A stretch of 64,000 bases of DNA, taken from assembly GCA_030704615.1 (NCBI GenBank), contig CM060732.1:30380001-30444000 (forward strand), read 5' to 3'. How positions within the stretch are numbered: the first letter of the stretch is position 1; every line of letters starts with the position of its first letter. This stretch comes from Takakia lepidozioides. Its lineage: Eukaryota; Plantae; Bryophyta. The notes under the pieces were generated by a model. That model made no database searches and had not been told where the DNA came from. It saw only the letters and a program-made list of their open reading frames with translations. Position numbers and translations under genes: made by a program. Positions 38,893 through 49,354 of the stretch are shown here, piece by piece.

Positions 38893-39642
38893 ATGGCTGG
38901 GGGAAATGAGGACGTAATTGAAGGGCAGGTCTCTTCTCTTAGCCTGTGCACACAAGGGGACAGGATCTATGTTTCCCAAGGAACTCAGACTGATTTGAGT
39001 GGAGAACAGTTGGACGAGTTGATTGCATACTGGGAGTCAGGCATTAGCAGTAGACAACAGACTGCTGTAGTTGGCATTGAGGGCCTCAATATCGCCTTGG
39101 ACAGTCAGAACTCTGTTGGAGCCAGCAGTTCTGCAGCTGTAAGTGAAATACCAAAGTGGGTGAAAGCTAGGCTTGGAACACAGCCAAAGACAGCCCCGGG
39201 GACCAAGGTGTTCAGCCACAAGGCCGTGGTGTACTGGAGCAGAGGAGCAGGAGCTGCACAAGTTTGTGCAATTAGACAGTGTTGCAGTCGGACACGCTCT
39301 GCACAAGGCAACCACGAGCGGGGGTTCATTAGCGAGGACAAGTTTGTTCTGTTTGAAGGCGATCCAGTCATTCGCAATGAAGACACCCGCAACCGTCTCA
39401 AAGCTTTCGAGTTGAGAGACTATCAGACCCTACCTTTGTTTTCTTTAGTGTTCAGTGAGCGGGAGATAGCAGAGTGTTGCTTTGTCTCTACCTGGCAGAA
39501 AGAGGAGGAGGGTTGGTTAGAGCGAGCTACTGTAGCTTGGGACAAGGTTAGTGGCAGGTTTCTGGACATAGATATACCTCCTACACCTTACCATCAAGCA
39601 GAGCGAGGCACTTTGAGAGAAGTCTGGAAGTTGATAGCATAG
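38893..39642 (+). CDS. Extra ORF upstream of gag, 249 aa, unknown function
   Basis: ATG-initiated, open for 750 nt, non-repetitive, sense to gag-pol. No motif recognised. Confidence 0.5.
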   Translation: MAGGNEDVIEGQVSSLSLCTQGDRIYVSQGTQTDLSGEQLDELIAYWESGISSRQQTAVVGIEGLNIALDSQNSVGASSSAAVSEIPKWVKARLGTQPKTAPGTKVFSHKAVVYWSRGAGAAQVCAIRQCCSRTRSAQGNHERGFISEDKFVLFEGDPVIRNEDTRNRLKAFELRDYQTLPLFSLVFSEREIAECCFVSTWQKEEEGWLERATVAWDKVSGRFLDIDIPPTPYHQAERGTLREVWKLIA

Positions 39643-40154
39643 ATCAGGATTAGATCTTGCTTGGGCGGGCTTCTATTCTTCCCCTCCATCTCTGTACTAT
39701 TTTCATTACCTTGTACTTGTAGTTGCCAAAGCCTCTCTTGGTGGAGGCCAGTCAGTCCGGGGTCTTGGGCTGGGATATTCTGCAGGATCAGCGTTGCTGC
39801 TGGATTTTGGTGTGGGGGTGTTGATGTTTTGATTTCGTGTGTTTGGATCCCCCCCAACACCTGCATGCTTGACTGTGCGCCATGTTGGTTTTGTGTGGGC
39901 GCTTGCTTTCATAGGGATTAGGCCGGATTTGATCACCGGTCAATCCTAGAGTATGCTGTCGGTGGTGAGGCTGGAGTGATGACCAGCAAGACCACCAGTG
40001 TTTCTTCTATGGTGAGGCTGGGTTGATGACCAGCCAACCATAGGAGTTCTTGCGGTGGATGCAGGTGCAGGTGCCCTGAGCCACTGGGATATGACCCTTA
40101 GACTGCAACAGGTGCCCACCCGTGTCACTATTAGATTAGTACTAGAGCCTTATA

Positions 40155-42660
40155 GTGTCACTGGAGGAGGTGCACATTGTGAGTGTCATTACGGAGTTAC
40201 CCAAGGGTTTTGAGGGGAGTACGGCTACAGGCAGTAACAGTGAGAGTGGGTTCACAAGACGAGGTATTCGGTTCAGACCACCTTCACCGCCACCCTCAAT
40301 TACTGTAGAGTCAGACACAGGCTCGGAGGCTTCATCAACAGGTGTGCACTTTCATTCGCCATTGTTGTGGGACGACATGGAGGAGATGTATGGAGCTACC
40401 AAGGGGCCTCGTAGGTACTCTGGAGCTGTGGGCACAATCGAGTTGGATGACTTTATCCAGGAGTTCGACAGCTGGTGTGATTTGCAGCAGATGCGCAATC
40501 CACATCTATTCACCCCATTCATGGCATGGAAGGGACTGTTCCAGCATTTGGAAGGCCCGCCTATGGACGATTACCACGAGTTCAGGCGAGGACATGAAGC
40601 AGAGATTGAGGAGTGGAGGATGTATTGGTCACCTGACTACATCTCCATTACTCGAGGCATGACGCGACCAGTAGCTGCATCAGTACCAATAGCTCCCACT
40701 GCCAGCACTAGTAGTGGAGCAGGTAGTGCTGGTACTTCTGCCGGTGGTACCAGTTCAGAAGGTGCTACTACTCCTCCTGCCACAGCTACAACACATGTGC
40801 CTAGATTCAACCCGTGGTGGAGTTCTTCCAGGAGTTGCGGAGGAACTACCAAGGTGTACGGACAGAGAAGCTGCGAAGTTTGCAAGACTTCCAGCGCAAA
40901 CCCAGTGAGAGCCTGCGAGAGGCGTACACTCGTATGAGGCGCTTGATAAGTGTGACCCAAGGGGTTACTGAAGCTCAGGCAATCCAGTTTTGGTATGGAA
41001 TTCTGGACAAGGAGCTCAAGAGAAGGGTGCGAGATGCAACCCTGTTACAAGCAGCCCAACCCACATTAGCAGATGTGTTTTCTGCTGGCTGAGCGGATTG
41101 AGCTCAACATGGTGGAGGAACGAGTTGTTACAATTGGATTTGGCAAGGACATGCCTGTACGGGGCACAGCTGTCAGCCCACAAGCACAAGGGACTGCCCA
41201 ACAGCGTGGTCAGGGGGGCAAGGTTGCCCAGCCCAAGTTCCATGGAGCTTACAGGGGACCTCAGGTGCAGAGGCCCGTGGCATCTTTTGCAGGCCAACAG
41301 CAACCAGGGGTGATATGTTGGACATGTGGAGGACCCCATGTCAAGAGAGATTGCCCAGAGAGTGGCAGAAGGCCGGCACAAGCACAGCCTGCACAGTTGC
41401 AGTGTGGGCATTGTGGCAAGTATGGGCATGGAGATGCCCAGTGTTATGACTTGCATCCTGAGTTGCGCCCAGGCCAGTTCCAAGGGAACAATGGTGGCCG
41501 GGGGCGAGGTGGACCAGCCCAAAGAGGACGAGGTGGTCGGGCACGAGGTGCAGGCCAAGGGCAACCTCCACATGGCCAAGGACGCGGAGGTCAGGGTGTT
41601 GACCAAGGCATGGCCAATCGGCTTCAGCAGCTAGAGCAGAGGCTCGCTGCCATGGCTATAGCTCAGGCGGTACCGGCTCCCAGGCGGGATGGCCCACCTC
41701 CTGCTCCTGAGGGAGGAGATATGGGCGGAATGGGATTCATGTGCGGAGCAGCACTACCATTAGAGCAGGTGGGGTCTGCTGCAGCCGTGACTCGAGGAGC
41801 AACACGAGTTCCTGAGCCACGAGGTGCAGAGGTGGAGTTGGATCCACAACGTGGGGAGGCAAGCCGTCAGGCAAGGCTGCCTCAGTCATTCACCTTGGCG
41901 GAGACAGTGTCAACGCCATCCATGGCACCTAGTTCTCGCCCGACTGTTACCGAGGCGGAGGTTACTATGCCATTGGGGAGAGCTACACGTGCAGCACTGA
42001 CACCTGCTACCAAGGCTAGTGCAGCCGGTGTGTTATTGGGAGCAGCCACCTCTGTGTGTCAAGCCCCATTGTTCTCGGCAACCATGATTGCGACGCCGGG
42101 GGTGAGGCCAGCTGCAGTGTTCAGACTAGCAGCAACACTCTGTGAGAGTGGGGAGGTCACTTCATCTTCTGCGGAGTTAGTGGAAGGTGTAGTGGCAGAG
42201 GGATCCTCGGATTTGAGGGTCAAGACTGCCACGGCTGCGCCCTGGCAAGCTGCAGCTGCCAGGTTGACGGAGCTGCCAGCTAGGCCAGCCTTTGAGCGCG
42301 CCATGGTGACACCTGGAGTTGTCTTGTTAGACAACCAGGGAGGCATTTTCACTTTGAGTGGACCGGCAGGCAAGAAGTACCGGCCACTGCGGGTCTTGTT
42401 GGACTCAGGAGCTCAGCCACTGATGTTGGGCAGAGCTGCTATTGCAGGTTTGGGCCTCATGGAGGCGGATATGGAGCCTTGTCCTTTCCAGATACAGACA
42501 TCTCTGGGAGGATCAGAGCAGGCTCGCGGCATGACACGGCATCAGTTGGCTATTAGACTGCAGCCGGATCATCCTGTAGATGGCTCAGTGATGCGAGCCA
42601 AGGCCATTGTGACAGACGCGGTCTCTACGATGTCCTCGTTGGTGGGGCAGTGTTATACCC
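40155..42660 (+). CDS. Gag (two Zn knuckles) and aspartic protease, frameshifted
   Basis: 'FQRKPSESLREAY', 'CWTCGGPHVKRDC', 'CGHCGKYGHGDAQC', protease 'VLLDSGAQ'. Confidence 0.88.
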
Positions 42661-43110
42661 CATGGGCTTCACCCTGGATTTCTGGGAGGAGTCAGCATCC
42701 TACAGGCCTGGATGGCAGTCAGGGGATGGTCGCCGTGCACAGCTCCCTGTGACATTCATTGGGGGTATTGCAGCTGCTCAGCGGGGCAAGATGCCAACAC
42801 TAGCCGCCTTCACAGCTGCAGTCAGCTGGCCTGGAGAGTTGCTGGAAGGCAATGCCCATGCAGAGGATGTGCCACCTCCAGCAGAGCAGGTTGACATGCA
42901 TGGTACGGCGGAGTTGCCTGCCATGGTTGCTCACACTCCGTTGTGGGGTACGAGCAAGGATTTGCAGCAAGCTGCTGATGGACGGGTGCAACAAGCTTGG
43001 GTAGAAGCTTTTGTACCGTCAGGAGAGGAGGAGATGCGGTGATTGCACCAGGGCCACCTCAGTTGTCGCCATTGGACACCACACCTCTTGTGTGGCAGCG
43101 ACCGGATGAA

Positions 43111-44060
43111 GGCATATGCCTTCTGGACTTATTTGGCGGGATCAGCACTGGATTGGCTGCTGTGCTGCAGGCAGGTGTACGAGTTCGACGTTACCTGTAT
43201 GTGGAGAGGGATGAGACTGCACGACGCGTCTCACTGCGCCATGTGCTCAGATGGTGCAGCAGCACACCCTGATTGTTGCCGGTGTCTGCAGTTCGTGGAT
43301 ATCAGCAAGCCTTGCCAGCAGACATTGCGTTGCTGGGGGCGCAGGATTTGGCGGGTTGGCTCCATTGATCTGGTAGTGGCAGGTTGGCCCTGCCAAGGGC
43401 ATTCATCAGCCGGGCATGGCAATGGATTGCGAGACTCGAGGACGGGTCTGTTTTGGGAGATGGTGCGGATTTTGCGCCACTTGCAGCTTCATCAGCTGTA
43501 TCTCCCGGCATACATCTTGGAGAATGTGCCACTGATGGGTGATTCTCGGGCCAGGGTGATGGCCAGTGTGCATCAAGTCCGGTCGTGGCTTGGGTCAGCA
43601 GTATTGCTGGATGCAGCTGCAGTGGGGTCACGGGCTCATCGTCCACGACTATGGTGGACTAACTTGATGCCACCTGCACTGCTCAAGCGTGCATTTGATG
43701 GGGTGCAGCGGCCAGCACACCTCACCGTGGATGGCATTTTGGACACGGGAAGGCAGTCTCAACGTGTGAGACACGATGACCGTTCGCCTTTGGCAGTGGT
43801 CAACAGAGTGGGTCAACCACGAGCAGCATTACCTACACTGCTCAGCTTCCCAGGATCCCATGCTTTTCGGGATGGTGGACCTGGCCTCCTGTGGGATGCT
43901 CAGTTGCAGCAGTTAGTGGAGCCTAATGCCGACGAGCGAGAGCGGGCTATGGGGTTTTCCACTGGGACCACGGCGGTGCCTTCTCTTTCTGAGGCATCAC
44001 GTCGTCAGGTGTTGGGGCAAGCAATGGATCTCAATTGCTTGACCTGGATTGTCAGCTTGG
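43111..44060 (+). CDS. DNMT3-like C5 cytosine DNA methyltransferase domain within pol
   Basis: Motif I 'LDLFGGI', II 'YVERD', IV 'DLVVAGWPCQGHS', VI 'ILENV', VIII 'AHRPRLWWTNL', IX 'ERERAMGF', X 'RRQVLGQAM'. Frameshift between motifs II and IV. Confidence 0.93.
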
Positions 44061-44424
44061 CTATGGCTGAGCAACGTAGAGTGCGGAGTGCACTTCCCTT
44101 GACGGTCTCTCTGCCTACCGAGACGGTACAGGCAGCGAGTGGGGGCGAGCCGGTGAGGACCACGAGGTGTAGACATCCATGGCACATGTGGGAGGTGCTC
44201 GAGGTTCAGAGGGAGTTGGCAGCGAAGGCAGCTGTGATGGATGAGGTTGGGGATTCTTCTCGGGATGAGGAGGTTCTCAATGATGAGATGATGGGGCAGG
44301 ATGAGGCCTTGTCATTGACTGAGCAGGAAGGGGGTACTGCTCAAGAGGTTGCAGCATAGCAACCACGGGACGCGTCCTCTACCTCTAAGCCCACTGGACT
44401 TAAGGTTGCAGTTACGGAGGACAA

Positions 44425-47170
44425 TTGGAGCCTGATATTGGACCCATTGTCACCGGAGGAGAGAGACGACGTATACGGCGGTTCCTGAGGGCTTACAGGA
44501 ATTGCTTTGCCTTCAGTTTGAAGGACTTGGGAGCACTGAAGGGTCAAGAGATCCGTATTGAGTTGGCCACTGACACGCCAATCTTTCGGAGACCCTATAG
44601 ATACAGTGACATGGAGAGGTCTTTGATTCAGATGAGGACTCAAGATCTCTGGGAGGCAGGTTTGGTGGAGCTCTCTGGTGGAGAGTATGCTTCAGCCACA
44701 GTGATGCCAGCTAAGAAGGATGTCTATGGCAATTGGACGGAGAGACGTATGTGCGGTGATTACCGGCCTGTAAATCGTCAGACCAAGTCCGATAGGTATG
44801 CCATGCCAACACCAGAGGAGATCTTTGATGCCATTGGGCATTCCAAGGTCTTTAGCACGTTGGATTTACGATCCGGATATCGGATATCACCAGTTGCCGA
44901 TCAAGGAGGCGGATAAGCAAAAGACGGCATTCTGGGGGATCAATGAGCACGGGAAGGATTGCCTATACCAGTGGCGGTTCTTACCATTTGGGCTTAAAAA
45001 CGCTCCCCTGAGTTTCAAAGAGTCATGGACAGGATTCTAGCAGGGGTGGAGTTTGCTCGGTGCTACATAGATGACATCATCATCTTTAGTGCTGCGGTGG
45101 AGGAGCATGAGAGACACCTTCAGGGGGTATTTGAGCGCTTGAGGACGCACGGATTGAAGTTACATCCGGGCAAGTGCAAGTTTTTCCACAACCAGATTGA
45201 GTACCTGGGTCACATGATATATCCTGGAGGATTGGGGGTACAGCAGACTAAGGTAGAGTCCATTGCACAGGTTCCACGTCCCACGGATGTGAGCCGAGTT
45301 CGAGCTTTCATGGGGTTAGCAAACTATTACAGACGGTTTGTTAAGGGATTTAGTGCCATTGCAAAGGCTCTAACCAAGCTGACCAAGGTGGACCAGGAGT
45401 GGCAGTGGGAAGATGAGCAAGAACAAGCTTTTCAAGAGCTCAAGGCGAGGTTGACCTCGGCGCCCATCTTGAGACGACCTATCAGGGGGCGTCCTTTTCA
45501 GCTGCATACAGATTGGAGCATGCTGGGGCTTGGAGCGGTGCTCACACAGGTGGATGATGAGGGAAGAGAGTTCGTAGTGGCTTATGCTAGCCGCTCAAAC
45601 AATGCTGCAGAGTCTAAGTATAGCTCATATGAGGGAGAATGCTTAGCTGCAGTGTGGGCCGTGGCACACTTCAGGTGCTATCTATACGGCAATCTCTTCA
45701 CCCTTGTCACGGATCACCAACCACTCAAGTGGTTGATGGAGTCAGACAAGCTTACGGGGAAGCTTGCACGGTGGGCACTCATCCTTCAAGAGTATGACTT
45801 TCAGGTGGTGCATCGACCGGGTTTGGTCAATCGCAATGCAGATGGGTTGAGTCGCAATCCATGCACGAGCCAGCAGGATGACACTGGAGCTCGGGGCATG
45901 GTGAGACGGACGAGGAGATGGTGCCCGGATGGCATGCATCTGCATTTCTGTGTATCTTGGCAGCGGAAGGCCAGGTTGGACCTACAACAGGGATGACTGT
46001 AGATCAAGTGTCTGAGGACCCTGAGGCCAGCAATGAGCAGGGGGCGCCAAAGATATACATGAGGATTCAGTTGTGTTGGACTACCTCCGCATTGGAGACA
46101 CGGCAGCCTTATGACTGCCAAGGAGAGGGATCGGATCCTACAACGAGCCAAGAGGTTCAGGTGGGAGGGGACACACCTGCTCCGAGTGTGGGAGGATGGT
46201 CGAGTGAGGATTGTGCCTCACCCAACACAGCGGGCACGGTTAGTGCGGCATGCCCATGAGGAGTTGGGCATTGGGGTGCGACGCACTCATAGTCTACTGC
46301 AGGGGCAGTATTGGTGGCGTGGTATGCACACAGAGTGCAACAATTTGGTGGCTAGGTGCATGGTGTGTGACAGGGTGCGTGCTTCATTCATTCAACGCCC
46401 CTACTCCACAATTGCACCCTCTTCCGATCATGGGATTGGGCTACAGGTGGAGTCTTGACTTCGCAGGGCCGTTGCCACTGACCATGCGCCACAACAAGTA
46501 CGTGTTGGTGATGGTGGAGCACTTCTCCAAGTGGATTGAATTGGTTCCATTGCCTGATAAGGCTAGTGAGGGAGCTGCGTATGCATTCTGGATTGTGTGC
46601 TTAGCCGATTCGGTGCTCCAGCTGAGGTACTCACGGACCAAGGAGAGAGTTCTTGGGGGAGTTTCAGGCTTTGTGTGACAAGGCCTTGATAGACCACCGC
46701 ACACTTCTTCTCGGGATCATCCTGAAGCCGATGCTTGGCAGAGAGAGTTGTTCAGACAGTAAGAGGGGTTGCGCAAGTATGGCTTGCAGAAGGGACACCT
46801 AGGAGATTGGGACCTTCAGTTACCCTGGTTAGCCATGGGCTACAGGTTCAGCAAGCAGCATCACTTGCCTCCTTCTTCACCATACTTTCTTCTCTTTGGC
46901 CGAGAGCCGGATTTGCCTACATCCATTCGCAGAGAAGCTGCTACAGTTCTTAACCTTGACGATCCGGACGTGTGGGCACGTGCATGTGAGCAGCGTGCAG
47001 AGTTGTTCAAGAGAGTCATGCCCATGGCTTTCGAGAACCTTGCCATTGCACAACACCGTGATACGTTGAGGTATGCTACCATACGTGGTGGGGGCTATCG
47101 TCCTGGGGTTCGGAATTCAACCCTGGTGACTATGTCTATCTGCAGCAGACTGCTCCTACGACCCTGGATG
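44425..47170 (+). CDS. Reverse transcriptase, RNase H and DDE integrase (Gypsy order), frameshifted
   Basis: 'RMCGDYRPVN', 'LDLRSGY', 'LPFGLKNAP', 'YIDD', RNase H 'LHTDWS..GLGAVL', 'TDHQPL', 'NADGLSR', IN 'H..H..C..C', 'SLDFAGP', 'AERVVQT'. Confidence 0.95.
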
Positions 47171-47376
47171 TGACTGCAAGGACGTGTTATTTTGAGGGTT
47201 CGAGAGGTCTTGCCCTCAGGCGTCTTGGTCTTGGAGGGTCGGGATGGCATAACTTGGAAGGACCAATGTGCGTAATTGTGCGCCATGTCACCTTCCGAAT
47301 GTCGATGTCAGGATTGACCCAAACCTGGCAGTGGTATCTGCACCCAAACCTGGCAGTGGTATCTGCAGGTTTGAGG

Positions 47377-47508
47377 TGCATGTTTGTGGGTCTGCTAAAG
47401 GGGCAGCCACCATGCTGGTGTGATCGTGCTCTAGAGTTGGCATATGGGATGCTGCTGACTCCACCTCTTGAGATGGTTCCGGATGGGGATTGGTTATGTC
47501 CACAATGC
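47377..47508 (+). CDS. PHD finger at the integrase C-terminus
   Basis: After correcting small indels it reads C..C......ATMLVCD.C..GWHMGCLTPPLEMVPDGDWLCPQC (C4HC3). The second half is in frame in ORF 47170-47571. Confidence 0.8.
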
Positions 47509-47763
47509 ATGGATAGTGGGAGTGGATACAACCATGGGAGGCTAACAAGCAACGCAAGGCCCAGCTACTAGGAGACCTTGAACACACGAGATCCTGGCTC
47601 AAGTTCACAGATTGCAAGACGGCGACTAACGATGGGGCTACTCTTGTACCCGGCCTCTTGGTTATAGAGTTTGAGTACGATAGGACAGTGATAGAGGACT
47701 TAGTACGGCTGTGGCTATTACATCTTGTAGCTATCTGGAGGTAGAGGGACCTATCCACCAGCT

Positions 47764-47770
47764 AGGGGGG
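47764..47770 (+). promoter_or_regulatory. Polypurine tract
   Basis: AGGGGGG followed by CGAT and then TGTGG, the start of segment A at 47775. Confidence 0.75.
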
Positions 47771-47774
47771 CGAT

Positions 47775-48296
47775 TGTGGTAGACTACTTTATTGTGCATA
47801 ATGTGTGGTGTGGTTTGGACAGCGATGTAGTTGTGTAGCGATATGTATGCGCACGACAGCTGTCAAGTTAAATAAGCACAGTGTGAAAACAGCTAGAATA
47901 AAACTAGTTATTTGTATTTAACACTTGGATTAGGTCAAGTGTTAAATCAGGTGTCAAGTTTAGTTTGACACCTGGTCTGTCTTATCTTCACGAGAGCGGC
48001 AGTCGCGCAGCTCATCTCTCTCGAGTTGAGCCTGCGCGACCGAGCTCCTGCATGTGTTTAGGTTTTAGTGTGCTTATGTAGGGATACAGGTTGTTGTGGG
48101 GTGGAGTCCCCATAGCTTGGGGTGCCCCTGGCTCGACTTCAGTTTCAAGAGTGATAGCGATGGATTTTATATCTTGTGTTGGGAGTGTATGTCCTTTCAA
48201 GCTTCTTTATCATTGTGGTAGACTACTTTATTGTGCATATATGTGTGGTGGTTTGGACAGCGATGTAGTTGTGTAGCGATATGTATGCGCACGACA
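47775..48296 (+). repeat. 3' terminal repeat complex: A(47775-47858)-GC-B(47861-48212)-T-A(48214-48296)
   Basis: Direct comparison of the copies. The A copies and the B copies differ only by indels. Confidence 0.95.
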
Positions 48297-49354
48297 AGTG
48301 AACCAAGTCAGTATGAAACCCCATAGAATATTGATGGCAGGGGTGTAACTCTGAGAATTATAAGTCATGACTTACAATGGACTACGGGTCTGGGTTCTAG
48401 TTGCTGGGGTTACCTGACCCTTCAATACGGTGGAGATGCTGAAGCGGCACATTTAGTCACAACACTAGCCCCTGTATGTGTAAACCCTTATGTGAAACCC
48501 ATTGTGTGTAACACAGGGACGTGTTTGTAATCATGAGATAGAAATCTTCCGTCAACCATGTTTGGACCAGTGTATGCCTCCGGAGTGTAACTTGTTGTGT
48601 GTAACCCAAGAAGTATGTATACCGTACCACATGTAACCCCCATTGATGTCACCCCATCGCATTGTAAACCCATGTCAATTTGGGGTGCATGCTATAAACC
48701 CCGATGCTACATCCCCCATCTTAGACCTTATGTATCCCACGACACGTAGCCCTTGTATAGGCAACCCTGCCCACTTTCATTGTGCACAGTGTAACTTAGA
48801 ACTGTGTAACCCTCTTGAGTGAGTGTAACCCAGAGTGTTGTAACTCCAAGAAGTATGTAGCCCGACCAGATGTTACCCCCACACTATTGTGACCCCATCG
48901 TATGTAACCCATTGTACATAGCCCTCATGTATGTAACCCCATGTAGTATAAATCTGAGAACTTCAGTGCACAAACACTTCAGTGCGAAAAAAATAAAAAT
49001 AAAACAAATGCGCATAGTCGAGGTGGGGTTACATGCCACGAAAGTATACTGTTTCAGCAACGTGACCTGACATAGCCAGGAAGGCCCAACCATGCCTAGG
49101 CCCATTGTATGTAACCCATAAGTGTAACCCCACGTTGTGAGACCCGGCATGGTGTAACCCATCACTTATGTGTGAACCCACAGAGTGTAAGCCCATTGCC
49201 CCAGGGCCCAAAGGTGTACCCAAGTACTTGTCTATGATTCCACTTCATGTAACCTTATAAGGTGTAACCCCATGTAAGCCCATTGCATGAAACCCAAACT
49301 GTGAAGTGTTACGAACAAACCACATAGAAGCAAAAATGCATCAAGAGACGCTAT

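Larger units (their letters stand above)
36277..48296 (+). mobile_element. Ty3/Gypsy retrotransposon with C5-DNMT and PHD domains and permuted terminal repeats
   Basis: TGTC...GACA ends, AGTG TSD (36273-36276 and 48297-48300), domain order gag-PR-DNMT-RT-RH-IN-PHD. Confidence 0.93.

Noticed and set aside
43111-44060. Bacterial restriction-modification contamination or host DRM gene
   Set aside because: It is intronless, embedded in pol between PR and RT, and has non-permuted DNMT3-like motif order.
47861-48296. Conventional 3' LTR defined as B+A with a deleted 5' LTR
   Set aside because: The PPT precedes A rather than B, the PBS follows B directly, and an extra A sits upstream of B. A simple deletion does not explain these.
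36277-48296. DIRS/Ngaro tyrosine-recombinase element
   Set aside because: The repeat layout is similar, but the element encodes an aspartic protease and a DDE integrase, has a TSD, and shows no YR motif.
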